Made by a program: the position numbers and the translations under genes. Shown here one piece after another: positions 1 through 10,109 of a DNA stretch of 64,000 bases (position 1 is its first letter; each line of letters opens with the position of its first letter). The notes under the pieces are model-generated. The model had not been told where the DNA came from, did no database searches, and saw nothing but the letters and a program-made list of their open reading frames with translations. Source of the stretch: a bacterium (lineage in GTDB: Bacteria > UBA8248); contig CBDBEV010000001.1 in assembly GCA_965204535.1 (NCBI GenBank), forward strand, positions 2,240,001 through 2,304,000. Reading direction: 5' to 3'.

Positions 1-13
1 GAACGGGAAATCC

Positions 14-2023
14 ATGAGCCGGGAAATCGACCCCATCACCCTGGAAGTCATCAACGAGTCCTTCGTCGCCGTTGTCCGGGAGATGCGCGCGAACATGGTG
101 CGTACGGCGTATTCCTCCATCATCTACGAGGGGCACGATTTCTCCTGCGTGCTCGTGGACGGTGCGGGCCAACTCGTCGCCATGGCCGAGGACAACCCCG
201 TCCACATATTCCCCGTGCCGATGGAAGTCAGAGAAATGCTCGAGCGCTTCGGGGGCGACATCCACCCCGGCGACGCCTTCATCCACAACGACCCCTATAC
301 CGGCGGAACGCACCTGAACGACGTGGCCATCATCTCGCCCCTGTTTCATGGCGAGCAGATGGCGGTCTACCCCGTCGTCCGCGCGCACTGGGGGGACGTG
401 GGCGGCACGACGCCGGGGAGCATTTCCGGGAAGAACACCGAGATTCTCCACGACGGAATCCGTATCCCCATATTGCGGATCATCGAGAAAGGGGAGATCA
501 ACCAGGGGCTTCTCGACCTCTTGCTCCACAACATGCGGGTTCCCGAGGAGCGGCGCGGGGATTTCTTCGCCATGCTCGCCACCTGCCATACGGCCCACAA
601 GCGGCTGGAGGAACTGGCCGCGAAATACGACTGGGGCGTCATACTCGCCGCGAAGGATCGCCTGCTCGCGCGCGCCGAGACCTCCATGCGCCGCAGAATC
701 GCGGCCCTGCCCGACGGGGAATCCACCTATGAGCATTTCATGGATCACGACGGCCACTCGCTCGACCCCATACGCATCCGGGTGCGGGTCGAGAAAAAAG
801 AAGATGAACTGATCGTCGATTTTCACGGAACGGATCCCCAGACCAAAGGCGCCTACAACGTGGGCCCCGCCATGGCCCCATCCGCCGCCTTCAGCGTCAT
901 CAAGGCGTTCCTGGACCCCAGGGGCGCGATCAACCACGGGGCCTTCCGTCCGCTCGACATCCGGGTCGAGCCCGGCTCCCTGCTCTCGGCGCGGTACCCC
1001 GCGAGTTGCGCAGGTTCTATGGAGGTGAGCCACGCCGTGGTCTCAGCACTCATCGGCGCGACCGCGCGCTTCGCATCCGATGTCGTGACGGGCGACCTCA
1101 AGGGCACGTCGAACCACGTCTACATCGGCGGGCGGGACGCGCGAAGCGGGGCGCCGTTTCTCTTCTACGAGTTTCCGGCGGGCGGGACGGGAGGCTTCGC
1201 GGAGAGCGACGGCAACAACGCGACGCGTAATTTCACGGAAGGGGATTTCGCCTCGATTCAGTCGGTCGAGGTCATCGAGCAGGGCCAGCCGCTCAAGATC
1301 AGGGAGTTGTCCCTGCGCGCGGACTCGGGAGGTCCCGGGGAGCGGCGTGGCGGCCTGGGCCTGCGCCGTGCGGTGGAGGTGCTGGCGGAGAGCGCGCTCC
1401 TCTCGATTTCTTCGGACAAGAACGTCATCCCGCCTTTCGGCGTCCTCGGCGGCGGACCGGGAAAGCCAAATCGCTTCGTCGTCGCGCGGAGCGGGGAAAC
1501 ACTGGCGCCTTCCGGGACGCCCGGCAAGGCGGCGGGTTTTCCGCTTGAGCGGGGCGACGTTTTCGTCATGGAGACTTCTGGCGGCGGCGGTTTCGGCGAC
1601 CCGTTTCAGCGGGATATCGAGGCGGTCCTCGCCGACGTGCGCGCGGGCTACGTGACCGAAGATGGGGCGCGGGAGGATTATGCCGTCATCGTGCGTGGCG
1701 GCGTCCTGGATGAGGAATCCACGCGCGCGCATCGCCAGGCCGCCCGCGCCAAGAGGCGCGCGCTGACACTCGTTTTGAAAGACGAAGGCGCCGGAAGAGA
1801 TTCCCGACGCAGGTGTTTCATGAACCGGAAAACGCTGACGGGCCGTCATCTCGAACATGGAGACCTGGTCGAGTTGCGCGGAAAATGGGGGGTGCCGCTG
1901 CGCGCGTGGATGGAAGAAGACGAGGGGCTGCCCGATAACGCCGTGGGGCTGGGCGCAGACGGGGTCGCCATACTCGACGCAGATGTGGGTGACGGGGTCT
2001 ATCTGTCTCCCGTGAGCGTTTGA
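14..2023 (+). CDS. Hydantoinase B/oxoprolinase family protein with C-terminal extension
   Basis: Family motifs DPITLEVI, NDPYTGGTHLND, RAHWGDVGG, DSGGPGERRGGLG, TSGGGGFGDP; partner A subunit at 3001. Confidence 0.93.
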   Translation: MSREIDPITLEVINESFVAVVREMRANMVRTAYSSIIYEGHDFSCVLVDGAGQLVAMAEDNPVHIFPVPMEVREMLERFGGDIHPGDAFIHNDPYTGGTHLNDVAIISPLFHGEQMAVYPVVRAHWGDVGGTTPGSISGKNTEILHDGIRIPILRIIEKGEINQGLLDLLLHNMRVPEERRGDFFAMLATCHTAHKRLEELAAKYDWGVILAAKDRLLARAETSMRRRIAALPDGESTYEHFMDHDGHSLDPIRIRVRVEKKEDELIVDFHGTDPQTKGAYNVGPAMAPSAAFSVIKAFLDPRGAINHGAFRPLDIRVEPGSLLSARYPASCAGSMEVSHAVVSALIGATARFASDVVTGDLKGTSNHVYIGGRDARSGAPFLFYEFPAGGTGGFAESDGNNATRNFTEGDFASIQSVEVIEQGQPLKIRELSLRADSGGPGERRGGLGLRRAVEVLAESALLSISSDKNVIPPFGVLGGGPGKPNRFVVARSGETLAPSGTPGKAAGFPLERGDVFVMETSGGGGFGDPFQRDIEAVLADVRAGYVTEDGAREDYAVIVRGGVLDEESTRAHRQAARAKRRALTLVLKDEGAGRDSRRRCFMNRKTLTGRHLEHGDLVELRGKWGVPLRAWMEEDEGLPDNAVGLGADGVAILDADVGDGVYLSPVSV

Positions 2024-2073
2024 GCGTGTTCGGGGATACCGGGAGCGCGCTATGCCATGTCCGATGTAGATGA

Positions 2074-2724
2074 TTATTGTCTTTGAAGCAGGAGTTGTAG
2101 GGCCTCGGTCGACTCTCTGCCTTGCGCCACGGTTTCCCGCAGCGCTTCCCTGGACTCCCCGCCTTCTTCGATGAGTTTCCTGAAGGCTTCGCTCGATTCT
2201 CTGCGCTGCTCCCTGCCTTCCTCGATGAATTTTTTCCAGGCTTCGCCGGATTCTCTGCGTTCTTTTCTGCCTTCCTCGATCATTTCCTTGAAACTGTCCC
2301 GGAACGCTTCTCTCGAAGCTCTGCTTTCTTCGATGAGTGTACTCAAGGCTTCGCTGGATTCCCTGCGCTGCTCCCTGCCTTCTTCGAAGAATTTTCTCCA
2401 GGTTTCACCGGATTCTTTGCGTTCTTTTCTGCCTTCCTCGATGAGTTCATTCAAACTTTCGCGGAACGCTGCTCTTGATTCCCTGCTTTCTTCGATAAGT
2501 TCTTTCAGGGTTTCGCTGGATTCTCTGCGTTGTTGTCTGCTTTGTTCAATGAGTTCTCTTAACGCCTCGGAGTTCTCGTCCTGCTGTTTCGAGCGGACCC
2601 TGTTGCCCCAGAGCATCGCGGCGATTCCGCTGCCTATCAGGAGGCATTGCAACCCGCCGACAACCGCGACGACCCAGATATTCAATTCCATTAACGCCAA
2701 AGTCGCTGCTTCAAATTCCGTCAT
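2074..2724 (-). CDS. Membrane-anchored coiled-coil repeat protein (18-aa units, 54-aa super-repeat)
   Basis: GGAGG RBS upstream; N-terminal hydrophobic helix, then LIEEGR..RRES.EA repeats; 162-bp DNA duplication (ttcgatgagt at 2167 and 2329). Confidence 0.8.
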   Translation of the reverse strand: MTEFEAATLALMELNIWVVAVVGGLQCLLIGSGIAAMLWGNRVRSKQQDENSEALRELIEQSRQQRRESSETLKELIEESRESRAAFRESLNELIEEGRKERKESGETWRKFFEEGREQRRESSEALSTLIEESRASREAFRDSFKEMIEEGRKERRESGEAWKKFIEEGREQRRESSEAFRKLIEEGGESREALRETVAQGRESTEALQLLLQRQ

Positions 2725-3000
2725 TTTTTTGCGCCTCCTCGAGGACTCGGGTTGACGTTTCGGGTCCTCTTGAACGCTCGTGCAACAACATCATAGCGTT
2801 TTCCGGCGATTGCCTCAACTTGATTCAGGCGGGTATGAGGGTCATATTCCACCGGCGAATCCGGATTGGGAGCCGCGAGTAATTCCCGAAAGAACCTTTG
2901 GGCGATTCAAGAACCGATGTATCATCGCCGTTTGCATCTGCGAATCGATTCGTCATGAGCGCGAAATTTCTTTAGGTGATTTTCAGGGACGGCCTGCGCA

Positions 3001-5025
3001 TTGAGTCTCGTCGGCATAGACACCGGAGGCACCTTCACCGACCTCGTTTTCTACGATGAGGACGAGAAGCGGATAGAAGTCTCCAAAATCCCCACGCTTC
3101 GCGGAGAAGAAGACGCGGTCTTTCTCGAAGGTCTGGAGAGTCTCGATCTCTCCGCCATCGGGCGGATCACCCACGGCACCACCGTCGGCACCAACGCGAT
3201 CTTAGAAGGCGCGGGCGCGCGGGCTGCGATTCTGACGACGCGCGGCTTCCGCGACGTTCTGGAGATCGGGCGAACGCAGCGGCTCGTTCCCCAGAGTCTT
3301 TTCGACCCGAAATTCGTCCGGCCCCGGCCGGTCGTTCCGCGGGAGATGCGGCTCGAGATTGAAGAGCGCGCCCTCGCGGACGGCGGCATCGAGGTTCCGG
3401 TGGGTGAAGCGGAGGTCGAGCAGCGCGCCGGGGAGCTGAGAGAACTCGGGGTGGAGGCGCTGGCCATCTGCTACCTGCACGCCTACGCCAACGGGGAGAA
3501 CGAGAGGCGCACGGCGGAGTATCTCGAGAAATTGCTGCCGGGCGTATATCTCTCCCTATCGCATGAGGTTGTGCCCGAATACCGCGAGTTCGAGCGTTTC
3601 TCTACGGCGGCGCTGAACGCCTGTCTCGGCCCCAGGATCAAGAACTACGTGGGCCGTCTGGAAGGAGCGCTCAGAGAAAAAGGATGCCGCGCGCCCCTTT
3701 TCATCATGACGTCAAACGGCGGGATGCTCGACGCGGAGAGAGCGGCGCGGTTTCCCGTGCGCACGATACTCTCAGGACCCGCCGGCGGCGTCGTGGGCGG
3801 GGTGTCGGTTGCGGAGTCGCTGGGTCTCGATCACCTCATCACCTACGACATGGGCGGCACCAGCACGGACGTTTGCCTCATCCGCGACCGCAGGCCCGTC
3901 GTGAGCACGGAGAACATCATCGGCGCCTATCCGCTCAAGACCTCGCAGCTTCAGATCAACACGGTGGGCGCGGGCGGGGGGAGCATCGCCTGGCGCGATG
4001 AGGACGGCGCGCTCCACGTAGGTCCCAGGAGCGCGGGCGCACGTCCGGGGCCTGCCTGCTACGGGTTCGGGGGCGGGGAGCCGACGGTGACGGACGCGAA
4101 CGTCGCCCTCTCGCGCATCGGCCCCCACACCCGTCTGGCCGGGGGACTCGAACTCCACCCCGAAAAGGCGGAGCGCGCCCTCACGTCGCTGGCCGGGGAG
4201 CTTGGGATTTCAGACGCCGTCTCGATGGCGCGCGGGGTGGTCGACCTCGCCGTCATGCGGATGGTGAGTTCGATCCGCGAGATTTCCATCGAGCGCGGCT
4301 TCGACCCGAGAGAACACGCCCTGCTCGCCTACGGGGGCGCGGGGCCGCTGCACGCCGCCCTGATCGCGGGGGAACTCTCCATGAAGAGCATCGTCGTGCC
4401 GCGCTTTCCGGGGAATTTCTCCGCCGTCGGCCTCTTGATGGCGGACGCCGTGCAGGAGAACGCCGGGACGTGCTTCGTCGCTTTGGAAGATGCGCAGGAA
4501 AGCTCACTTGAGCGCATTTTCGAGAATTTGACGATTCCCTGCGCCGAGCAGTTGCGCGTAGGTGAGCTGGATGAGATCGAGACTCTCCGTTACGCGGATG
4601 TTCGCTACGTGGGACAGGCGTTCGAGCTCACGATTCCGGTTCCGGAAACGGAGGGCTGGCTGAAAGCGCTGGGCGGCGAGTTCCACGCCCGCTACGAGGC
4701 GCGCTACGGGCATTGCCATCCGGGGGATCCGCTCGAGATCGTAAACCTGCGGGTGCGGGTCTCGGGCCTGGTGGACAAGTTGAAATGGGTGAAGGTGGAG
4801 AATCCCGGGGGCGGGTTGGATGATGCGCTCGTGGAGCGAAGAAGCGTCGTGTTCGAAGAAGATGTTCCCGATTGTCCCGTCTACGAGCGCGATTCCCTGC
4901 CAACGGGCGCGGAGATTGGCGGGCCCGCCGTCATCGAGGAATACGGCTCGAACACCCTCGTGCCCCCCGGCTGGACGGCGAGGCGGGACGCTCTCGGGCA
5001 TCTTTACCTGAGCGCATCGGGCTGA
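3001..5025 (+). CDS. Hydantoinase A/oxoprolinase family protein
   Basis: GIDTGGTFTD, HGTTVGTNA, SGPAGG, DMGGTSTD, GAGGGSIA, PTVTDA motifs; TTG start. Confidence 0.94.
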   Translation: MSLVGIDTGGTFTDLVFYDEDEKRIEVSKIPTLRGEEDAVFLEGLESLDLSAIGRITHGTTVGTNAILEGAGARAAILTTRGFRDVLEIGRTQRLVPQSLFDPKFVRPRPVVPREMRLEIEERALADGGIEVPVGEAEVEQRAGELRELGVEALAICYLHAYANGENERRTAEYLEKLLPGVYLSLSHEVVPEYREFERFSTAALNACLGPRIKNYVGRLEGALREKGCRAPLFIMTSNGGMLDAERAARFPVRTILSGPAGGVVGGVSVAESLGLDHLITYDMGGTSTDVCLIRDRRPVVSTENIIGAYPLKTSQLQINTVGAGGGSIAWRDEDGALHVGPRSAGARPGPACYGFGGGEPTVTDANVALSRIGPHTRLAGGLELHPEKAERALTSLAGELGISDAVSMARGVVDLAVMRMVSSIREISIERGFDPREHALLAYGGAGPLHAALIAGELSMKSIVVPRFPGNFSAVGLLMADAVQENAGTCFVALEDAQESSLERIFENLTIPCAEQLRVGELDEIETLRYADVRYVGQAFELTIPVPETEGWLKALGGEFHARYEARYGHCHPGDPLEIVNLRVRVSGLVDKLKWVKVENPGGGLDDALVERRSVVFEEDVPDCPVYERDSLPTGAEIGGPAVIEEYGSNTLVPPGWTARRDALGHLYLSASG

Positions 5026-5043
5026 TTTATCTTAAAGGTTCCC

Positions 5044-6009
5044 ATGAGCGAAGCGGTGAAATACGGATACGGCTACGGGATGCAGCCGGGGGATGTCCCC
5101 ACCCATGCCGATTTTCTGGACTTCATCGAGAAGGTGGAACAAGCCGGCTTCGATTCTTTCTGGCTGGACGATCACATCGCCTTTCGCGGCAATTTTTTGG
5201 AGAGCTTAGCCGCCCTCGCCGCCGCAGCGGCCAGAACAAAGCGCATCACACTCGGGAGCCTCGTTTATCTGCTGCCCTTGAGACGCCCCGCCATCGCGGC
5301 GAAGGCGGCGGCCACGGTGGATTTTCTGAGCGGGGGCGGTCGCTTCATCTTCGGCGTGGGTGTCGGCGGCGAGGAGGCGCGGGAGTTCGAGGTCTGCGGC
5401 GTACCCGGAGCCGAGCGCGGCGCGCGGACGGATGAGGCCATCGAGGTCTTGCGCAAATTATGGACAGGGGAGGCGGTGAGCCACGAGGGACGATTCTTTC
5501 GCTTCTCGGATGCGCGGCAAAGCCCACCACCCTTGACCCCGGGCGGCCCGCCGATATGGGTGGGCGGCAGGAGCGAGGCCGCGCAAAGGCGCGCCGCTCT
5601 TCTGGCGGACGGCTACGCGCCCTATCTCTATTCTCCTTCTCGCTACGAGAAGGGACTGGAGCAGGTTCGCCGCCTGGCCGCCGGGGCCGGGCGCGCGCTC
5701 GACGATCCGAAAAAGCCATGGACGCCCGCGCTTCACCTGTTCGTGAACTTGCGGGAAAAAGAGAATGATGCGCTCGACAGTGGTGCGGAAAACCTCTCGA
5801 TGCGCTATGGGATGGATATGCGCGATGCGGCGAAGAGATATCTGCTTCATGGAGCAATTGAGCGATGCGCCGAGCGGGTCGACGCGTATTGGAAGGCGGG
5901 CGTTCGGCACTTCATCTTCAAGGCGGCCGCGCCCGCCGGTGAGGAGACGGAGCACATGACGCGGCTGGCCGGAGAACTCCTGCCCGAGGTGAGGCGCCAT
6001 GTCGGCTGA
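5044..6009 (+). CDS. LLM class flavin/F420-dependent oxidoreductase
   Basis: GFDSFWLDDH, ATVDFLSGGGRFIFGVGVG, PPIWVGG motifs. Confidence 0.9.
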   Translation: MSEAVKYGYGYGMQPGDVPTHADFLDFIEKVEQAGFDSFWLDDHIAFRGNFLESLAALAAAAARTKRITLGSLVYLLPLRRPAIAAKAAATVDFLSGGGRFIFGVGVGGEEAREFEVCGVPGAERGARTDEAIEVLRKLWTGEAVSHEGRFFRFSDARQSPPPLTPGGPPIWVGGRSEAAQRRAALLADGYAPYLYSPSRYEKGLEQVRRLAAGAGRALDDPKKPWTPALHLFVNLREKENDALDSGAENLSMRYGMDMRDAAKRYLLHGAIERCAERVDAYWKAGVRHFIFKAAAPAGEETEHMTRLAGELLPEVRRHVG

Positions 6010-7669
6010 GGCGAGCGGACACGTCGATACGTTCGCCCGAGACAACCTGCCGCCGCAATCCCTGTGGCCGGAGATGGACTACGGCGTCCTGCCGGAGTTG
6101 GCCGCCTATCCGGCGCGGATCAACGCGGGCGTAGAGTTGATAGACAAGATGGCCGTGGGCGATCAGGCCGCGCGGCCTGCGATTTATTACGGCGAGGCGC
6201 TTTGGAGCTATCGCGACCTTTTGGAGAACGCGGGCCGCATCGCCTCGGTGATGACCGAGCGCTTCGGCCTCGTGCCCGGAAACCGCGTGCTTCTTCGCGC
6301 CTCGAACCATCCCACCCTCGTGGCCGCGTGCCTCGGGGTGTTGAAGGCGGGCGGCGTCGTGATTCCGACCATGCCGGTGATGCGCGAGCGTGAACTGGCT
6401 TACGTGATCGAAAAGGCGTGGGTCGGCTTCGCGATTTGCGACGAAAAGCTAAGTGCAGATTTGCTCGCCGCGGCCGGGTCCTCCGAATCCCTGGAGAACA
6501 TCGTTCTCTTTGGCAGTGATGGGCCAGACAGCCTGGAAGCCCTGATGGCCGAAGCCCCGCCAGAGTTCCAAAACGCGGATACGGCGGCGGACGACGTGGC
6601 CCTCATCGGCTTCACCTCGGGCTCGACGGGCACGCCCAAGGGCACCGTGCATTTCCACCGCGACCTGCTTGCCGTGGCGGACACGTTTCCCAAATACCTC
6701 TTCGGCCTCGGCCCCCAGGACGTCGTTTGCGGCAGCCCGCAGATCGCCTTTTTGTACGGGTTTTGCGCCTTCATCACCGACGCCCTGCGCTTCGGGGCGT
6801 CCTCGGTCCTGCTGGAAAGAGGGACGCCGCGCGATCTGCTCGAAGCCATAGATAAGTACAGGGGGACGGTGTGCTTCAGCACGCCCTCGGGCTACAAGCA
6901 GATGCTCGACATCGCGGAAGGTTATGACCTCCGCAGCCTGCGCGCCTGCATTGCGGGGGGAGAGCCTCTCGAGCCTTTCGTGTTCCGCGAATGGCGCGAG
7001 CGGACGGGCGTCTCGATCATCAACGGCCTCGGCATCTCGGAGCTTTTGCACATCTTCATCTCGGCGAGCGGAGAAGACGTCCGCCCCGGAAAGATCGGCC
7101 GCGCGGTGCCCGGCTACGAGGTGCGCGTGGTGGATGAGGAAATGCGCGATACGCCGCCCGGCGAGGTGGGGCAGATGATCGTCAAAGGCCCTACCGGGTG
7201 CCGCTATCTCGACGACATGGAGCGGCAGCGGGGCTACGTGCGGGAGGGCTGGAACATGACGGGCGACCTCTGCCGCGTCGACGCGGAGGGATATATCTCC
7301 TTCGAGGCGCGAACCGATGACATGATCAACACCGGGGGGTACAACGTCTCGGGCCTCGAAGTCGAGGCCGTGCTGCTCGAACACCCCGAGGTGCGCGAGT
7401 GCGCGGTGGTCGGTTCGCCGAACGCGGAGCGCGGGGAGATCGTGAAGGCGTTCGTCGTTCTCTCGGGCACCGCCGAAGCAGACACGGACGAAGCGCAGGA
7501 CGCGCTGGTCCGGGAGCTTCAGGATTTCGTGAAAGCCCAGCTCGCACCCTATAAATACCCGAGAGCGGTGGAGTTTTTGGAAAGCCTGCCTCTCACGGCC
7601 ACGGGCAAGATACAACGCGGCGCTCTTCGCAAGCTGGAGAAAGAGCGCGCGGGGGCCGGGGCGGGCTGA
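5999..7669 (+). CDS. AMP-binding aryl-CoA ligase, 2-aminobenzoate-CoA ligase-like
   Basis: FTSGSTGTPKG, TGD and TATGKIQR adenylation motifs; N-terminus SGHVDTFARDNLPP recalls anthranilate-CoA ligases. Confidence 0.85.
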   Translation: MSAEASGHVDTFARDNLPPQSLWPEMDYGVLPELAAYPARINAGVELIDKMAVGDQAARPAIYYGEALWSYRDLLENAGRIASVMTERFGLVPGNRVLLRASNHPTLVAACLGVLKAGGVVIPTMPVMRERELAYVIEKAWVGFAICDEKLSADLLAAAGSSESLENIVLFGSDGPDSLEALMAEAPPEFQNADTAADDVALIGFTSGSTGTPKGTVHFHRDLLAVADTFPKYLFGLGPQDVVCGSPQIAFLYGFCAFITDALRFGASSVLLERGTPRDLLEAIDKYRGTVCFSTPSGYKQMLDIAEGYDLRSLRACIAGGEPLEPFVFREWRERTGVSIINGLGISELLHIFISASGEDVRPGKIGRAVPGYEVRVVDEEMRDTPPGEVGQMIVKGPTGCRYLDDMERQRGYVREGWNMTGDLCRVDAEGYISFEARTDDMINTGGYNVSGLEVEAVLLEHPEVRECAVVGSPNAERGEIVKAFVVLSGTAEADTDEAQDALVRELQDFVKAQLAPYKYPRAVEFLESLPLTATGKIQRGALRKLEKERAGAGAG

Positions 7670-7804
7670 CGCATCGCGCAGGCTTCACCGCCATGGCCGG
7701 TTGCGCCCGGTGGTTTTTCGCTCATCCGGGGAAATTCCGGCGGCGTCTCACTTTGAAAACGGGAACGTCGCGAAGGCGGGATATGAAACCGGCGGGTTCC
7801 GGCC

Positions 7805-8335
7805 TCAGCTTCCGGTGCGCTCGATGAGCACCTTTTGCCCTTCGATGAGCGCCCTGAACCCGGCTCTGCTTTCCCCCTGTTCTTCGACGAGCGCCCTGAG
7901 GGCGGACGTGCTTTCCCTGAGCGCGGACGTGCTTTCCTCATGTCCTTTGATGAACGCTCTGAACCCGGCTCTGCTTTCCTCGTGCTCTTCGATGAGCGCT
8001 CTGAACCCGGCTCTGCTTTCTCCCTGCTCTTCGACGAGCGCCTTGAGCGCGGATGTGCCTTCCCTGAGCGCGGCCCTGCTTTCCTCATGTTCTTTGATGA
8101 ACGCCCTGAACCCGGCCCTGCCTTCCTTATTCTCTTCGATGAGAACCTTGAGCGCATTCCTGCTCTCTTTCATCTCCTCTATGCTTTCATCGATCTTCCG
8201 CATGTTTTCTTCATGGCGGCGGATGCTCTCGCGCTCCCTGGATTCCGTGCCGCGCTGCATCTGCAGGATCCCGTAGAATATCAAGCCGAGGCCGATGTAT
8301 TGCCCGATGAGGCTGTAGGTTTCATACGGGGTCAT
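7805..8335 (-). CDS. Membrane-anchored coiled-coil repeat protein (7/14-aa units, 49-aa super-repeat)
   Basis: Start moved to ATG 8335 (GGAG RBS); hydrophobic LIGQYIGLGLIFYGIL, then ESRAGFRALIEE repeats; 147-bp duplication (7841 vs 7988). Confidence 0.8.
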   Translation of the reverse strand: MTPYETYSLIGQYIGLGLIFYGILQMQRGTESRERESIRRHEENMRKIDESIEEMKESRNALKVLIEENKEGRAGFRAFIKEHEESRAALREGTSALKALVEEQGESRAGFRALIEEHEESRAGFRAFIKGHEESTSALRESTSALRALVEEQGESRAGFRALIEGQKVLIERTGS

Positions 8336-8524
8336 GCGCCTTTCTCCACCTCTTCGCCGCGCCGTTTTCGGTCGTGGCTTCGCGTCGGCCGGCCTTTTCC
8401 GTCCATCGGGGTCCGCAGCCGTTTCGCTTCCCCCGGTTGCCAAGATACTAAAGTCTCATAAGGCTTCAGAAGGTGTCAAGACCATAATTGAACGATCGGT
8501 TTAACTGTCCACTGCCCACCCAGA

Positions 8525-8764
8525 GGTTGTTGAAAAAGCCTCCTCCTGAGGGGATAAAGGCAACCCCCCCTACCCCCCCTTGACAGGGGGGTATGAAAAG
8601 GCGACGCCCGCCGCCGGTAGAGGGTTTTTTTCTTGCCCCCCTGACAAGGGGGGGTAGGGGGGGTTGGTTTTCAAGGCGAGAGCCTGCGCCTCCGCCCGGT
8701 TTCGGGTTTTCGCCGGAATGACGGGGGTGGTCAATTCCGACCGAGGATGACTTTTTCAACAACC
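8525..8764. mobile_element. MITE-like element with perfect 14-bp TIR enclosing a poly-C/poly-G palindrome
   Basis: ggttgttgaaaaag 8525-8538 and ctttttcaacaacc 8751-8764; inner inverted repeat 8561-8666; related copies at 51.2, 61.0 and 61.5 kb. Confidence 0.8.
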
Positions 8765-8985
8765 CCTCTCCCGTCTTGCGGCGGTTTTGATAAACATGGT
8801 ATTCTCTCTCATTATATTCATCATAAAATCATTCAATGCTCTTTCGGTATTACTGTATTTCCTGTGCAGAGGAATCGAAGGAGAGCCATATTTTCCCGAC
8901 ACATTCGGTGCGCCCCGTCTCGGGGCGTTGATTGAGTCCATGACGCAAGCCGCGAATCCTGCGGCCCAGAGGGGAGGCTGAAATC

Positions 8986-10032
8986 GTGGATAACAGAACG
9001 AACGTACGGGGTCTCATTTTCAAATCGGTATTGGCGGTTATTCTGGGAGTGGCGCTCGTCTTCACGGCCGCCACGCCTTCGGAGTCGGCCGTCAAGCGGG
9101 TCGTCATCACCCAGGCGGTCGAGAGCCTCGCCTTCGTCAGCAACTACGTGGCGCGCGCGAACGGCTATTTCGCCGAGGAGGGTCTGGCGGCCGAGGTCAT
9201 CTCCACGCGGGGCGGCGGGCCGGACATCAAGGCCAACCTCGCGGGCCAGGCGGATTTCTCCATCGCGGCGGGAACCTACCAGATCAACGCCGTCAAGGCG
9301 GGCGGCGCCCTCATTGCGGTAATGAGCTGTCTCAACCGCAGCATCGTCAACTCCGCCATCCGCACAGACGTCGCCAAGAAGCTCGGCATCACCGCCAAGA
9401 CGCCCTACAAGGAAAAGATCAAGAAGATGAAGGGCCTGACCGTGGGCGCCACGCGCCCCGGCGCGCTCACCTACAACCAGGGCGAATACTGGATCCGCCA
9501 GGCCGGCTACACGCCCAACAAAGAGGTGAAGCTCATCGGCGCGGGCGCGGGCCCGGTGCTCGTCGCAGCGCTGCAGCGCAACAAGATTCAGATAGCGATC
9601 CAGACGATTCCCGTGCCGGAGACGGCCATATTCAAGGGCATCGGCATTCCCTTCGTCACGAACTCCGCGGGCGATGACCCGGAGATGGACCAGTTCATGA
9701 TGGAGGTCCTGCTCGTGCGGCCCGATTACGCGAAGAAAAACCCCGAGACCGTCCGCAAGGTGGTCCGGGCGCTTCTCAAGGCCAACAACTGGATCGCCAA
9801 GCACAGCGCGGAGGATATTCGCAAGAAGATCCAGCTTTACTTCGCCAAGACCGACAAGAACCTGCTGCGCGTGAGCATCGAGGCGGTGAAGACGGCCGTC
9901 TCGCTCGACGGGAAAATCACCCAGCGCGCGGTGGACATCACGCAGAACCTGCTCATCGCGGCGGGCAAGCTCAAGAAGGCGTTCCCCAGGAGCACCCTGG
10001 TGACGGACGAATATCTGCCCGGCAAGATGTGA
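8986..10032 (+). CDS. ABC transporter substrate-binding protein, NitT/TauT (NMT1/SsuA-like)
   Basis: Signal peptide; VARANGYFAEEGL, PETVRKVVRALLKA; followed by ATPase and permease. Confidence 0.88.
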   Translation: MDNRTNVRGLIFKSVLAVILGVALVFTAATPSESAVKRVVITQAVESLAFVSNYVARANGYFAEEGLAAEVISTRGGGPDIKANLAGQADFSIAAGTYQINAVKAGGALIAVMSCLNRSIVNSAIRTDVAKKLGITAKTPYKEKIKKMKGLTVGATRPGALTYNQGEYWIRQAGYTPNKEVKLIGAGAGPVLVAALQRNKIQIAIQTIPVPETAIFKGIGIPFVTNSAGDDPEMDQFMMEVLLVRPDYAKKNPETVRKVVRALLKANNWIAKHSAEDIRKKIQLYFAKTDKNLLRVSIEAVKTAVSLDGKITQRAVDITQNLLIAAGKLKKAFPRSTLVTDEYLPGKM

Positions 10033-10056
10033 GCGATAACTTCCGACTCTGAAAAT

Positions 10057-10092
10057 CGCCGGGGAGGGGCCGCCATCCGCCTCTCCCCGGCG
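10057..10092 (+). terminator. Intercistronic stem-loop after the substrate-binding gene
   Basis: cgccggggagggg ... cctctccccggcg inverted repeat. Confidence 0.55.
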
Positions 10093-10109
10093 TTGGAGAT
10101 TCATACGCC

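Noticed and set aside
2100-2560. Regular 54-bp periodicity resembling a CRISPR or non-coding array (also 7810-8170)
   Set aside because: The units are multiples of 3, degenerate and in frame within ORFs with RBS; there are no unique spacers and no cas genes.
8466-8762. Small ORFs sharing NQPPLPPL.RG (also 51237-51461, 61138-61335)
   Set aside because: The similarity comes from the palindromic DNA repeat, and the frames are not conserved outside it.
8770-8985. Long leader before the NitT/TauT binding protein, a possible riboswitch
   Set aside because: I could not recognise TPP, SAM, cobalamin or guanidine consensus elements; an Rfam scan would be needed.
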